DNA from: an uncultured Verrucomicrobiota bacterium
GTDB lineage: Bacteria > Verrucomicrobiota > Kiritimatiellia > RFP12 > UBA1067
Assembly (NCBI GenBank): GCA_946055075.1
Contig: CAMGEN010000003.1
Span: forward strand, 13,036 to 77,035
Length of the DNA stretch: 64,000 nucleotides
Direction of reading: 5' to 3'
Part shown: positions 44,886-51,713 of the stretch, piece after piece
Position numbering within the stretch: the first letter of the stretch is position 1
Layout of the letters: every line of letters starts with the position of its first letter
Notes under the pieces: model-generated
Seen by the model: the letters and a program-made list of their open reading frames with translations, nothing else
Databases searched by the model: none
Told to the model about the DNA's origin: nothing
Program-made: the position numbers and the translations under genes

Positions 44886-44913
44886 CCTTTGACCTCAACC
44901 TTCAACCTGACGG
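44876..44913 (-). repeat. GGTTGAR array between fmt and rluA, inverted relative to 44102-44140
   Basis: Minus strand reads CCGTCAGGTTGAAGGTTGAGGTCAAAGGTTGAGAGCGG. Confidence 0.8.
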
Positions 44914-45891
44914 TCACATTCCAAGCACTTCGCCTGCCATAAGGTTACGCCCGCGCAGAAACGCGCCGCCGTCCATCACGCCGGACCCCTCGGGCTTGAC
45001 CTTGGTAAGGAGCAGCGCGGTGTTGCCGCAGCGAACCACCGGACCGCGCTTGGTGACCTCGATCACCATGCCCGGAGAGGAAGAACGACGATCCTCCGCC
45101 ACCCTGCTCCAGATCTCGGATGCAAGTACCACGAGACGCCCAGAATTGCCCTTCTTGCGAAAACGATCCGGAAGGAACGTGTAACAACCGGGCCACGGAG
45201 AATACGCCCGGATCTTGCGCTCAATGTTGATCACGTCCTCGTTCCACCTGATCTCACCATCCGTCTTCTTAAGCTTATGCGCGAACGAGACGTCATTCTC
45301 ATCCTGCTCCACCGGCGGCGGCAACGCGTTACGCCACATGAGCTTGAGCGCTTTGGCCAGCGCCACACCGCCGGCGACCGCCAGCTCGTCCATTAGCTCC
45401 CCACCAGTGACATCGGAATAAATCGGCTCGTAGCTTTGTAACAGAATCGGACCGTCATCCATGCCGAGCCCCATCTTGATCACACTCACGCCCGTCATAC
45501 CGTCACCCGCCGCCAAGGCCGCTATCACCGGCGAGGCGCCGCGGTATTTCGGCAGCAGCGAGAAATGACAGTTGACACAGCCAAAGAGCGGAAGATTGAG
45601 GATCTCTGACTTGAGGAACTGACCGAACGCCACGACCGCGATGACATCTGGCTTCCACTGACGAATTCGCGCCAACGCCTCGGGCGCATTGACACTTTCT
45701 GGCGTGATAATCTCGGTAATGCCAGCACGCGTGGCAAAATCCTTGCACGGACATGGCGTGATCGCCTTGCCGCGCCCCACTGGGCGGTCAGGCTGCGTTA
45801 CGACGCCTACGACCTCTAGCTCCGGCTCGCGCATCAGCGCCCGGAGACAGGTGGCGCTCGCTGCGCTCGATCCCATGAATACAATCCGCAT
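44914..45891 (-). CDS. fmt: methionyl-tRNA formyltransferase
   Basis: Start at MRIVFMGSS (45891), 10 nt downstream of TATAAT. Also has HFSLLPKYRGASP. Confidence 0.9.
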   Translation of the reverse strand: MRIVFMGSSAASATCLRALMREPELEVVGVVTQPDRPVGRGKAITPCPCKDFATRAGITEIITPESVNAPEALARIRQWKPDVIAVVAFGQFLKSEILNLPLFGCVNCHFSLLPKYRGASPVIAALAAGDGMTGVSVIKMGLGMDDGPILLQSYEPIYSDVTGGELMDELAVAGGVALAKALKLMWRNALPPPVEQDENDVSFAHKLKKTDGEIRWNEDVINIERKIRAYSPWPGCYTFLPDRFRKKGNSGRLVVLASEIWSRVAEDRRSSSPGMVIEVTKRGPVVRCGNTALLLTKVKPEGSGVMDGGAFLRGRNLMAGEVLGM

Positions 45892-45922
45892 ATTGGCGGA
45901 TATTATAGCAAAAATGGCCCTG

Positions 45923-46318
45923 TCACGGGACGCGCTCGATAAGTGATTCAACCGAGCAGTATAATGCCGCGGCGATGGGGACTATCGTATCCAGCTGCGC
46001 CTTGTTGATATCCTTGCGACGCTGCTCGAACTCCTGAATCGTCCGAACGGACACACCGGAACGCAGGAACATATCCCAGAAATCCCCCGCCTCGAACTTC
46101 AGCTCGTTGCCGGCGAAATCCAACATCCTCCCCAGCGACTTCTTCGCCGGCGTCAGATATAGCATAGAATAGGCGCGAAAACCCATCCCGTAGTCGTTAT
46201 TCCGTTTTCCGAAACCGAACTGCGGACTCACGATTCTCTCAGCGGATCCATGAAGCAGCGTACGCATCGTCTTTTCCACCAGCCGCATGTTATACGCCCA
46301 CAGGCGGATAGTTGTCAA
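45923..46318 (-). CDS. hypothetical protein with C-terminal XRE-type HTH
   Basis: C-terminal VSVRTIQEFEQRRKDINKAQLDTIVPIAAALYCSVESLI. I do not recognise the N-terminal ~80 aa. Starts 10 nt after the stop of the PIN gene. Confidence 0.5.
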   Translation of the reverse strand: MTTIRLWAYNMRLVEKTMRTLLHGSAERIVSPQFGFGKRNNDYGMGFRAYSMLYLTPAKKSLGRMLDFAGNELKFEAGDFWDMFLRSGVSVRTIQEFEQRRKDINKAQLDTIVPIAAALYCSVESLIERVP

Positions 46319-46328
46319 CCCTCATCTT

Positions 46329-46763
46329 CTACAGTACAAATGACGACGGTGGGACGACCGCGATCGCCTTCGAATGGAAATGCGTCAGGTCACGGGTAAA
46401 GAGATGCGAACACCCTGCCTTGACGGCTGACTGCAACTGGATGTCATCCTCGAAGTCACGGTCGTGGAAATCAGCGGCTCGCTGCATCAGTTCCTTGTCG
46501 AGCGGAACGACGTTGAATACAGCGAGGATGCCGCGGACCGCGATCATGGCCGTAGTCTCGCTTTTCAGTCGCTCGGCGACATAATGCACGTTGTTGACGG
46601 TTAAGGCCGAGATGTACCCCTCGACCAGCCCTTCCTCGCATGCCGCCCACAACTTGAGCGCATCATAATAAAACGGTTCGCGCTCAAGGAAGAAGTCAAG
46701 GATGACATTCGTGTCCAGAAAGACCCGCCGCTTGCGGTAAACGCTCTTCGGATGCTTCTTCAT
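46329..46763 (-). CDS. PIN-domain toxin (VapC-like)
   Basis: Start at MKKHPK (46763), with an ATGA overlap onto the antitoxin stop. Motifs FLDTNVILDF and DFEDDIQ. Confidence 0.8.
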   Translation of the reverse strand: MKKHPKSVYRKRRVFLDTNVILDFFLEREPFYYDALKLWAACEEGLVEGYISALTVNNVHYVAERLKSETTAMIAVRGILAVFNVVPLDKELMQRAADFHDRDFEDDIQLQSAVKAGCSHLFTRDLTHFHSKAIAVVPPSSFVL

Positions 46764-47026
46764 CTGGCGCCGAACCTTTCCATCATCCGCTCGCCCAGCA
46801 GTTCGCGATAATCCCAGTCCGCCGGAAGCGGCGCACTCGGCTTCAACAACCCCTTCAGCTGACGCGTCCTCGGCGGCAGCTCCTCCTGACGGCTCTCCGC
46901 CTCGTCCAGCATGCACACCATGGAAACGAAAAGCTTCGAAATGCTGACCTTGCGAACCGCCGAATGATGCCGCGCCCGCTCCAGCACGCTCTCGTCCATA
47001 CTCAAAGACACCCGTGTCGCCGCCAT
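46760..47026 (-). CDS. VapB-like antitoxin
   Basis: 88 aa, upstream of and overlapping the PIN gene. Similar in layout to the second antitoxin at 62229. Confidence 0.65.
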   Translation of the reverse strand: MAATRVSLSMDESVLERARHHSAVRKVSISKLFVSMVCMLDEAESRQEELPPRTRQLKGLLKPSAPLPADWDYRELLGERMMERFGAR

Positions 47027-47039
47027 CTCAAACTCCGTT

Positions 47040-47101
47040 TATGCGTATTGTTTCCCTTAAAGTTATACGCATATTCTATCACACCTGTCTTTGACATGCA
47101 A
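47040..47101 (-). promoter_or_regulatory. candidate vapBC-1 promoter (TTGCAT-17-TAGAAT) with operator-like inverted repeat TATGCGTAT-N16-ATACGCATA just downstream
   Basis: Inverted-repeat arms at 47040-47048 and 47065-47073. The -10 is at 47073-47078 and the -35 at 47096-47101 (minus strand). Confidence 0.55.
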
Positions 47102-47170
47102 TACCACAAACTCAACCTCCATCAGAGCGAAGCCTCGTTACGCGAGCGAGAGCCAACAGTCGCGCGAGAG

Positions 47171-47266
47171 CACATTAACGGGGACGATGTGATTTCGACC
47201 CCCATAGTAAAGGGCGCGCGTGAAGGCGCGCGCGTCGAAATCATGTCGGGGTCCCCGATAATGTGC
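47171..47266. repeat. 96-nt imperfect palindrome (about 29-nt arms enclosing an inner GC hairpin)
   Basis: CACATTA-ac-GGGGACGATGTGATTTCGAC ... GTCGAAATCATGTC-ggg-GTCCCC-ga-TAATGTG. The inner part is GGCGCGCG-tgaag-GCGCGCGC. The two mismatch positions are T-G/G-T on the plus strand. Confidence 0.8.
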
Positions 47267-47285
47267 GGTTCGGGCGAGCTGTCGG

Positions 47286-47362
47286 TCTCGCACCCCTGCT
47301 AGGGCATCGCTTCGCGACTCGCTGCGCTCGGGGGATATGCGTAACCCGGAGCTTGGCTCCGG
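47286..47362 (+). repeat. structured extragenic element, copy 1 (TCTCGCACCCCTG...ATCGCTTCGC...GGGGGATATGCGTAACC plus the CCGGAGC-ttg-GCTCCGG hairpin)
   Basis: Shares three sequence blocks, in the same order and orientation, with 51624-51667. Confidence 0.75.
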
Positions 47363-47404
47363 TACTAAGATCGACTTGAACAACGTCGATCGCAAAATTT
47401 ATCC

Positions 47405-48760
47405 TCACCGCACGGTGATGAGTTCGGACCAGTTGGTGGTGGAACGCTTCGATAGCAACGAGCGCTTCATCTTCCATTCACGGACGATGCCTTCCGAGGC
47501 AGAGAACACCTTGTCGCGTCCGTACCGCGCGTTGAGCGCGTCGATCGCCTGATAGAGCTTCGAGGATTCACGCGGCGCGGATTCGGAAAAGAGATCGAGC
47601 TGCTGCGTCGCGCCGACATGTTCTAGTCCGAAGAAGACAACTCCCGACTTGCGATACCGCGCACCTGGAACCCAGAGCGCCTCGACCCCGTCACTGATCG
47701 CCTTGAGCATCTTGTTGGTCGCGTCCGTCGGCTCAGGAAACATCACGGTCTCGCTCACGAAGTTCGCCTCCCACCCTTCGTCACTTTCAAACATGCCGGG
47801 CTTCGCGAGCTGCGCGTAGATGTTGCAGCCGGACGCGAGGAGTCCGTGCTTGCGCAGCTTCACCGCCGCCTGGGAAGCGAAGGAGGCGACGGACTCCGAA
47901 AGCTCTTCAAGCGTCGTCACGGGACGCCCGAACGAACGCGAACACGAAACCGAATCCGGGTCCGCATCATAATCGCGATCTTGACTGCAGCCGACGCCAC
48001 GAAGCTCGGTCGCGGTCCTGAGCAGCGTCACGCCGCCGATCCTGCGCACCACGTCGTCGGGCGCGTCACGGAGATCCTTCGCACTCGCGATCCGATCGGC
48101 CATTAGCTTGTTGACAAGCCTACGTCCGACCCCCCACACCTCGCCCACTGGCAGCCGCGCAAGGATGTCCGTCGAATCTTCCGGGAGGATGTAGACGCCA
48201 CCAGGCAGTTTCTTGCCGATGTGATTCGCGATCTTGGCGAGCGTCTTCGTCGGCGCAAACCCAACCCCGCACGGGATCCCCGTCCACCGCAGTATCTTCT
48301 TCCTCAGCCTTCTCCCGTATTCTAAAAGCTTTTCCCTCCGCAACTCTTCACTCTTACCTCTTAACTCTTCACTTCTATCCGCCGGCTCCGCCGGCGGATA
48401 GATAAACGCCTCGTCAATCGAATACTGTTCGACATCCAGCGCCTCCTCACGGAGAATGGAGACTATCCGTCGGGACATGTCGCCGTAGAGTTCGTAATTC
48501 GACGAGCGGAAGATCAGCTCTCCAGTCTTCTCGCGGTCCTTCAGCTGGAAGTAAGGAGTGCCGCGCGGAATTCCGAGCGCCTTGAACTCGTTCGACATCG
48601 CGACGCAACAGCCGTCGTTGTTCGAAAGCACGGCAACCGGCTTCCCGACGAGCTTGCGGTCAAACACCCGCTCGCAGGAAACGTAGAAATTGTTACCGTC
48701 AACAAGTCCGATCACAGGGAATGGGGAATGGGGAATAGGGATAGATTCATTTTCCGCCAT
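47405..48760 (-). CDS. umuC: Y-family translesion DNA polymerase V catalytic subunit
   Basis: Motifs VDGNNFYVSCERVFD, YSIDEAF and PTKTLAKIANH. Carries heptamer-encoded segments at the N-terminus and after IDEAF. Confidence 0.9.
   Translation of the reverse strand: MAENESIPIPHSPFPVIGLVDGNNFYVSCERVFDRKLVGKPVAVLSNNDGCCVAMSNEFKALGIPRGTPYFQLKDREKTGELIFRSSNYELYGDMSRRIVSILREEALDVEQYSIDEAFIYPPAEPADRSEELRGKSEELRREKLLEYGRRLRKKILRWTGIPCGVGFAPTKTLAKIANHIGKKLPGGVYILPEDSTDILARLPVGEVWGVGRRLVNKLMADRIASAKDLRDAPDDVVRRIGGVTLLRTATELRGVGCSQDRDYDADPDSVSCSRSFGRPVTTLEELSESVASFASQAAVKLRKHGLLASGCNIYAQLAKPGMFESDEGWEANFVSETVMFPEPTDATNKMLKAISDGVEALWVPGARYRKSGVVFFGLEHVGATQQLDLFSESAPRESSKLYQAIDALNARYGRDKVFSASEGIVREWKMKRSLLSKRSTTNWSELITVR
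48334..48380 (-). repeat. 44-47-nt GTGAAGA-type element, in-frame copy in umuC
   Basis: Plus strand reads CCCTCCGCAACTCTTCACTCTTACCTCTTAACTCTTCACTTCTATCC. Encodes DRSEELRGKSEELRRE. Confidence 0.9.
48717..48744 (+). repeat. GGGGAAT array in the umuC 5' end
   Basis: GGGAATGGGGAATGGGGAATAGGGATAG. Encodes IPIPHSPFP. Confidence 0.85.
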
Positions 48761-49193
48761 TTTTAAACCTATGAATTACTGCCGTAACCATCCCAAAATA
48801 ATCCAACTCATGACCATCGTCAATTCGAATTACCGGATACTTATCATTACCAGGTTCCAGCACATATCTTTTTTTAACAGCCTTCTTCTTCCCATTCCCC
48901 ATTCCCAATTCCCCATTCCCTTCAACGCGCAAGCGTTTGACCGTAAATTCGCCGTCCACGGACGCAATGATGATATCACCGTCGACAGGTGTAAGCGAAC
49001 GATCCACCACCAGCAGATCGCCGGGATTGATGCCGGCATCGATCATCGAGTCGCCTTCTACACGGACGAAGTACGTCGCTGCGGGACGCTTCACCAAGAG
49101 CGCATTCAAGTCGAGCGGCGGTTCCAGATACTGCTCCGCCGGCGACGGAAATCCCGCCACCACCGATCCCGCGACTCTCGCCTTACCGGACAT
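48747..49193 (-). CDS. umuD: UmuD (S24 LexA-like self-cleaving peptidase)
   Basis: AG-FPSPAEQY cleavage region, GDSM serine and FTVKRL lysine. Overlaps umuC by 14 nt. Confidence 0.85.
   Translation of the reverse strand: MSGKARVAGSVVAGFPSPAEQYLEPPLDLNALLVKRPAATYFVRVEGDSMIDAGINPGDLLVVDRSLTPVDGDIIIASVDGEFTVKRLRVEGNGELGMGNGKKKAVKKRYVLEPGNDKYPVIRIDDGHELDYFGMVTAVIHRFKNGGK
48891..48920 (-). repeat. GGGGAAT array in umuD, inverted relative to 48717-48744
   Basis: Plus strand reads CCCATTCCCCATTCCCAATTCCCCATTCCC. Encodes EGNGELGMGNG. Confidence 0.85.
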
Positions 49194-49195
49194 TC

Positions 49196-49234
49196 ACCAC
49201 CTCTTTCTCGACCTCGACCTATAACCTGACACCT
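49196..49234 (-). repeat. GGTCGAG-type array between the radical SAM gene and umuD
   Basis: Minus strand reads GGTGTCAGGTTATAGGTCGAGGTCGAGAAAGAGGTGGTG. Confidence 0.7.
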
Positions 49235-50135
49235 ACTTCACCGTCCCGTGATCAGCGGACATGTTCTCGCCGAGCAGCGCCAGCTTCGGATCGCTCGCCT
49301 CATAGCCCTGAATCCATCCGTTCTCAAATCCGAAATCCGCCGCGGCCTCGGTGACGCTCTCGTATTCCTCCTTCGTCACGGACCGATTGAACGGCGGAGT
49401 CTCCAGAGCCTTGTACGCCGGAGTATATTGCGCCATAATTGAAACCGGAATCTCGCTCGAAAGTTCCGTCGCGAGCCACGCAAGATTCTCGATCGCCTCA
49501 TCCGCATGTCCCGGCAGCACTAACACTCTAACAATTAACCTCCGCAACTCTTCACTCTTCACTCTTACTTCTTCACTTCTCTCAAACGCCCACTTTACCG
49601 CGGCGCGGGAGGCCTCGACATAACCGGGGGCGGAACTCGCCTTGATCGCGGTCTCGTTTTTGGAGTAACGGAGATCGAAAAGCGCCCAATCACAGAGATC
49701 ACTGTATTCCTCCAATGTCTCAACGCGTTCATAGCCAGACGAATTCCAGACGAACGGAAGTCTGACACCTTCCTTGAAGAGCGGCTCGACCGCCTCGCGG
49801 ATATACGGCAGATACGGCGTCGGCGAAACAAGATTCCAGTTCTCCACCTTGTCCTTCACCGCCAGCTCGCGGAAGATCGCCGTCAGTTCGGGAATCGTCT
49901 TGTCAACGCCTTCACCCTTCCAGCTCCACGGCGAATTCTGACAGTAAAGACACTTCATCGTGCAACGAGAGAAGAACACGCAGCCGCTACCACGCTCACC
50001 GGTGATCGGCGGTTCCTCCCCGAAATGCGGCCCCCACCGGAATACCCGCGGCAAATCCGCCGCGCCGCAGTAACCGGGACGCTTGCCGCACTTTCTCGGA
50101 CACAGCTCGCAAATATCGAAACGGCAACTGCTCAC
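49233..50135 (-). CDS. radical SAM protein, PflX-like (pyruvate formate-lyase activase homologue)
   Basis: CTMKCLYCQN motif, 300 aa, GTG start. Contains an in-frame copy of the 44-nt element. Confidence 0.75.
   Translation of the reverse strand: MSSCRFDICELCPRKCGKRPGYCGAADLPRVFRWGPHFGEEPPITGERGSGCVFFSRCTMKCLYCQNSPWSWKGEGVDKTIPELTAIFRELAVKDKVENWNLVSPTPYLPYIREAVEPLFKEGVRLPFVWNSSGYERVETLEEYSDLCDWALFDLRYSKNETAIKASSAPGYVEASRAAVKWAFERSEEVRVKSEELRRLIVRVLVLPGHADEAIENLAWLATELSSEIPVSIMAQYTPAYKALETPPFNRSVTKEEYESVTEAAADFGFENGWIQGYEASDPKLALLGENMSADHGTVK
49537..49583 (-). repeat. 44-nt GTGAAGA-type element, in-frame copy in the radical SAM gene
   Basis: Plus strand reads AACCTCCGCAACTCTTCACTCTTCACTCTTACTTCTTCACTTCTCTC. 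Encodes ERSEEVRVKSEELRRL. Confidence 0.9.
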
Positions 50136-50224
50136 TGATCACCACTCCATGTTCACTGTCCCAGAAACTCGTTCACCCTCGTCTTGTTATCGGTGTAATC
50201 CTTGCCCCATACCTAATCCCTACC

Positions 50225-51511
50225 TTATATCCTGTCCTTTTCCAGAAAACGAAGGCGAGCCAGAAGGATGACAAGCGCACCAATGAGATAGAAGACGGAA
50301 AGCGAGGACATCGAAAGCGCCATATTACCGAAAACCTTCGCGAGCCAGGGGAGCACCGTGGAGGATAGCGAACCGACAAGGAAAGCGATGCACATCATGA
50401 TGCCGACGCCGGAAGCATGATAACGCGGATTGACCACATCAAAGAACGATGCAATAAAGTTCGAGTCGTAGACGCCGCGGAAGAATCCGAAGCCGAGCAT
50501 CGCGACACAACACGCGATGAAGGTCGGCGCGTTCGCCATCCAGATGATAAACGGAACCGAAAGCGCAAGTCCAGCCACGCCGAGCTCCAGACGGATTCCT
50601 GGACGGCGCTTCGCAACCTTGTCTCCGAAACGCGATCCAAGCATCACGCCGACGATCGCGCCTACATAATGCCAGACGACGGCATGAAACCCGTGCCAGG
50701 TCTTGAGGAATATGTTCTTACCCGCATCTAGATCCATGTAATGACCCTGCAGGAACGCCGGCATCCAGTTCTTGAAGCCGATGTCAACATAGATCATCAT
50801 CGCCAAGCCCAAAATCACGCAGATCGCTGTTGGCTTGGAGAAGACCGACGCGACCGCTTCGCGGATCGTCGGTTTTCCAGGTTGAAGGTCGGAGGCTGAA
50901 GGTTGAACGGCGGATTCGACCGGTTTGGTGTTCTTAAGGAACACGGAGAGCAGAACCGCCCAGCCAATACCGATCGCGCCGAAGGTCCAGAACGGAACAC
51001 GCCAGTGTTCGCCGCCCTGTCCCGCCACGAAACCAGCGAGCGTTCCGCAGCCGATGATGCCGAGGTAGAGCCCGAGCTGGAGGATGGACATCGCCGTCGC
51101 GCGCGAATCCTTATGAAGCTGCGACACCAGCGAGGTGGCCGAGGGATAGTAGAAGGTCTGGCCGAGTCCGTTAAGGACGCCGTACGTGACGACCAGCAGG
51201 CCGACGGATGCCACGAAGCCAGAGAGGAAGATGCCGAGACAGAACACCGCGACGCCGATCGTCACCATCCACTTGCGGCTGAAGAGGTCCGCGGTGATTC
51301 CGGCGATCGGCACGCAGATGCCGTACATCATCGCGAACACCGTTCCCACGACGCCGATCGCCACCTTCGCATCCTCCGGATCCGTGGTCGGCAACAACGT
51401 CGCACACATTGCCCCGAGGGACGGCCCGTACAACTGACGAGTACCCTGTTGAAGAAAGAACGCAACCCACAGCAGGATCAACGCCGTCCACTTGTAATCA
51501 AGTTTTTTCAT
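50225..51511 (-). CDS. MFS transporter (anion/sugar-acid symporter-like)
   Basis: About 12 TM segments. Start at MKKLDYKW (51511), 9 nt downstream of TATAAT. Confidence 0.8.
   Translation of the reverse strand: MKKLDYKWTALILLWVAFFLQQGTRQLYGPSLGAMCATLLPTTDPEDAKVAIGVVGTVFAMMYGICVPIAGITADLFSRKWMVTIGVAVFCLGIFLSGFVASVGLLVVTYGVLNGLGQTFYYPSATSLVSQLHKDSRATAMSILQLGLYLGIIGCGTLAGFVAGQGGEHWRVPFWTFGAIGIGWAVLLSVFLKNTKPVESAVQPSASDLQPGKPTIREAVASVFSKPTAICVILGLAMMIYVDIGFKNWMPAFLQGHYMDLDAGKNIFLKTWHGFHAVVWHYVGAIVGVMLGSRFGDKVAKRRPGIRLELGVAGLALSVPFIIWMANAPTFIACCVAMLGFGFFRGVYDSNFIASFFDVVNPRYHASGVGIMMCIAFLVGSLSSTVLPWLAKVFGNMALSMSSLSVFYLIGALVILLARLRFLEKDRI
50877..50910 (+). repeat. GGTTGAA/GGTCGGA array inside the MFS gene (central loop)
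   Basis: CCAGGTTGAAGGTCGGAGGCTGAAGGTTGAACGG. Encodes VQPSASDLQPG. Confidence 0.75.
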
Positions 51512-51516
51512 ACTAC

Positions 51517-51537
51517 GGGTATTATAACATATTACCC
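51517..51537. promoter_or_regulatory. palindrome GGGTAATATGTTATAATACCC overlapping the extended -10 (TGTTATAAT) of the MFS promoter
   Basis: Read on the minus strand. The arms GGGTAATAT and ATAATACCC differ at one position. Confidence 0.5.
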
Positions 51538-51623
51538 TCACCACAACGACATACTCCGTGGATATCGCATCGTCGCGGCTTCGGCAGAAGTCGTCTCAGT
51601 CACCGCTCGAACTCTTGATTTCT

Positions 51624-51667
51624 TCTCGCACCCCTGGTATCGCTTCGCTTGGGGGATATGCGTAACC
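51624..51667 (+). repeat. structured extragenic element, copy 2
   Basis: TCTCGCACCCCTG-gt-ATCGCTTCGC-tt-GGGGGATATGCGTAACC. Same orientation as copy 1. Confidence 0.75.
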
Positions 51668-51713
51668 GCGAGGCGCGAAGCACCGCAGCACCACACGATG
51701 GTTGCTCGCCGTT

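Noticed and set aside
46964-47395. ORFs 46964..47302 (+) and 47138..47395 (-) in the umuC-vapB intergenic region
   Set aside because: They run through the 96-nt palindrome and the repeated structured element. Their translations have no features, so the region is better explained as structured non-coding DNA.
47100-47400. tRNA, tmRNA or other known small RNA in the structured intergenic regions (also 51545-51713)
   Set aside because: I could not find a T-loop (GGTTCGAATCC-like), a cloverleaf or another recognisable signature. I cannot run covariance models here.
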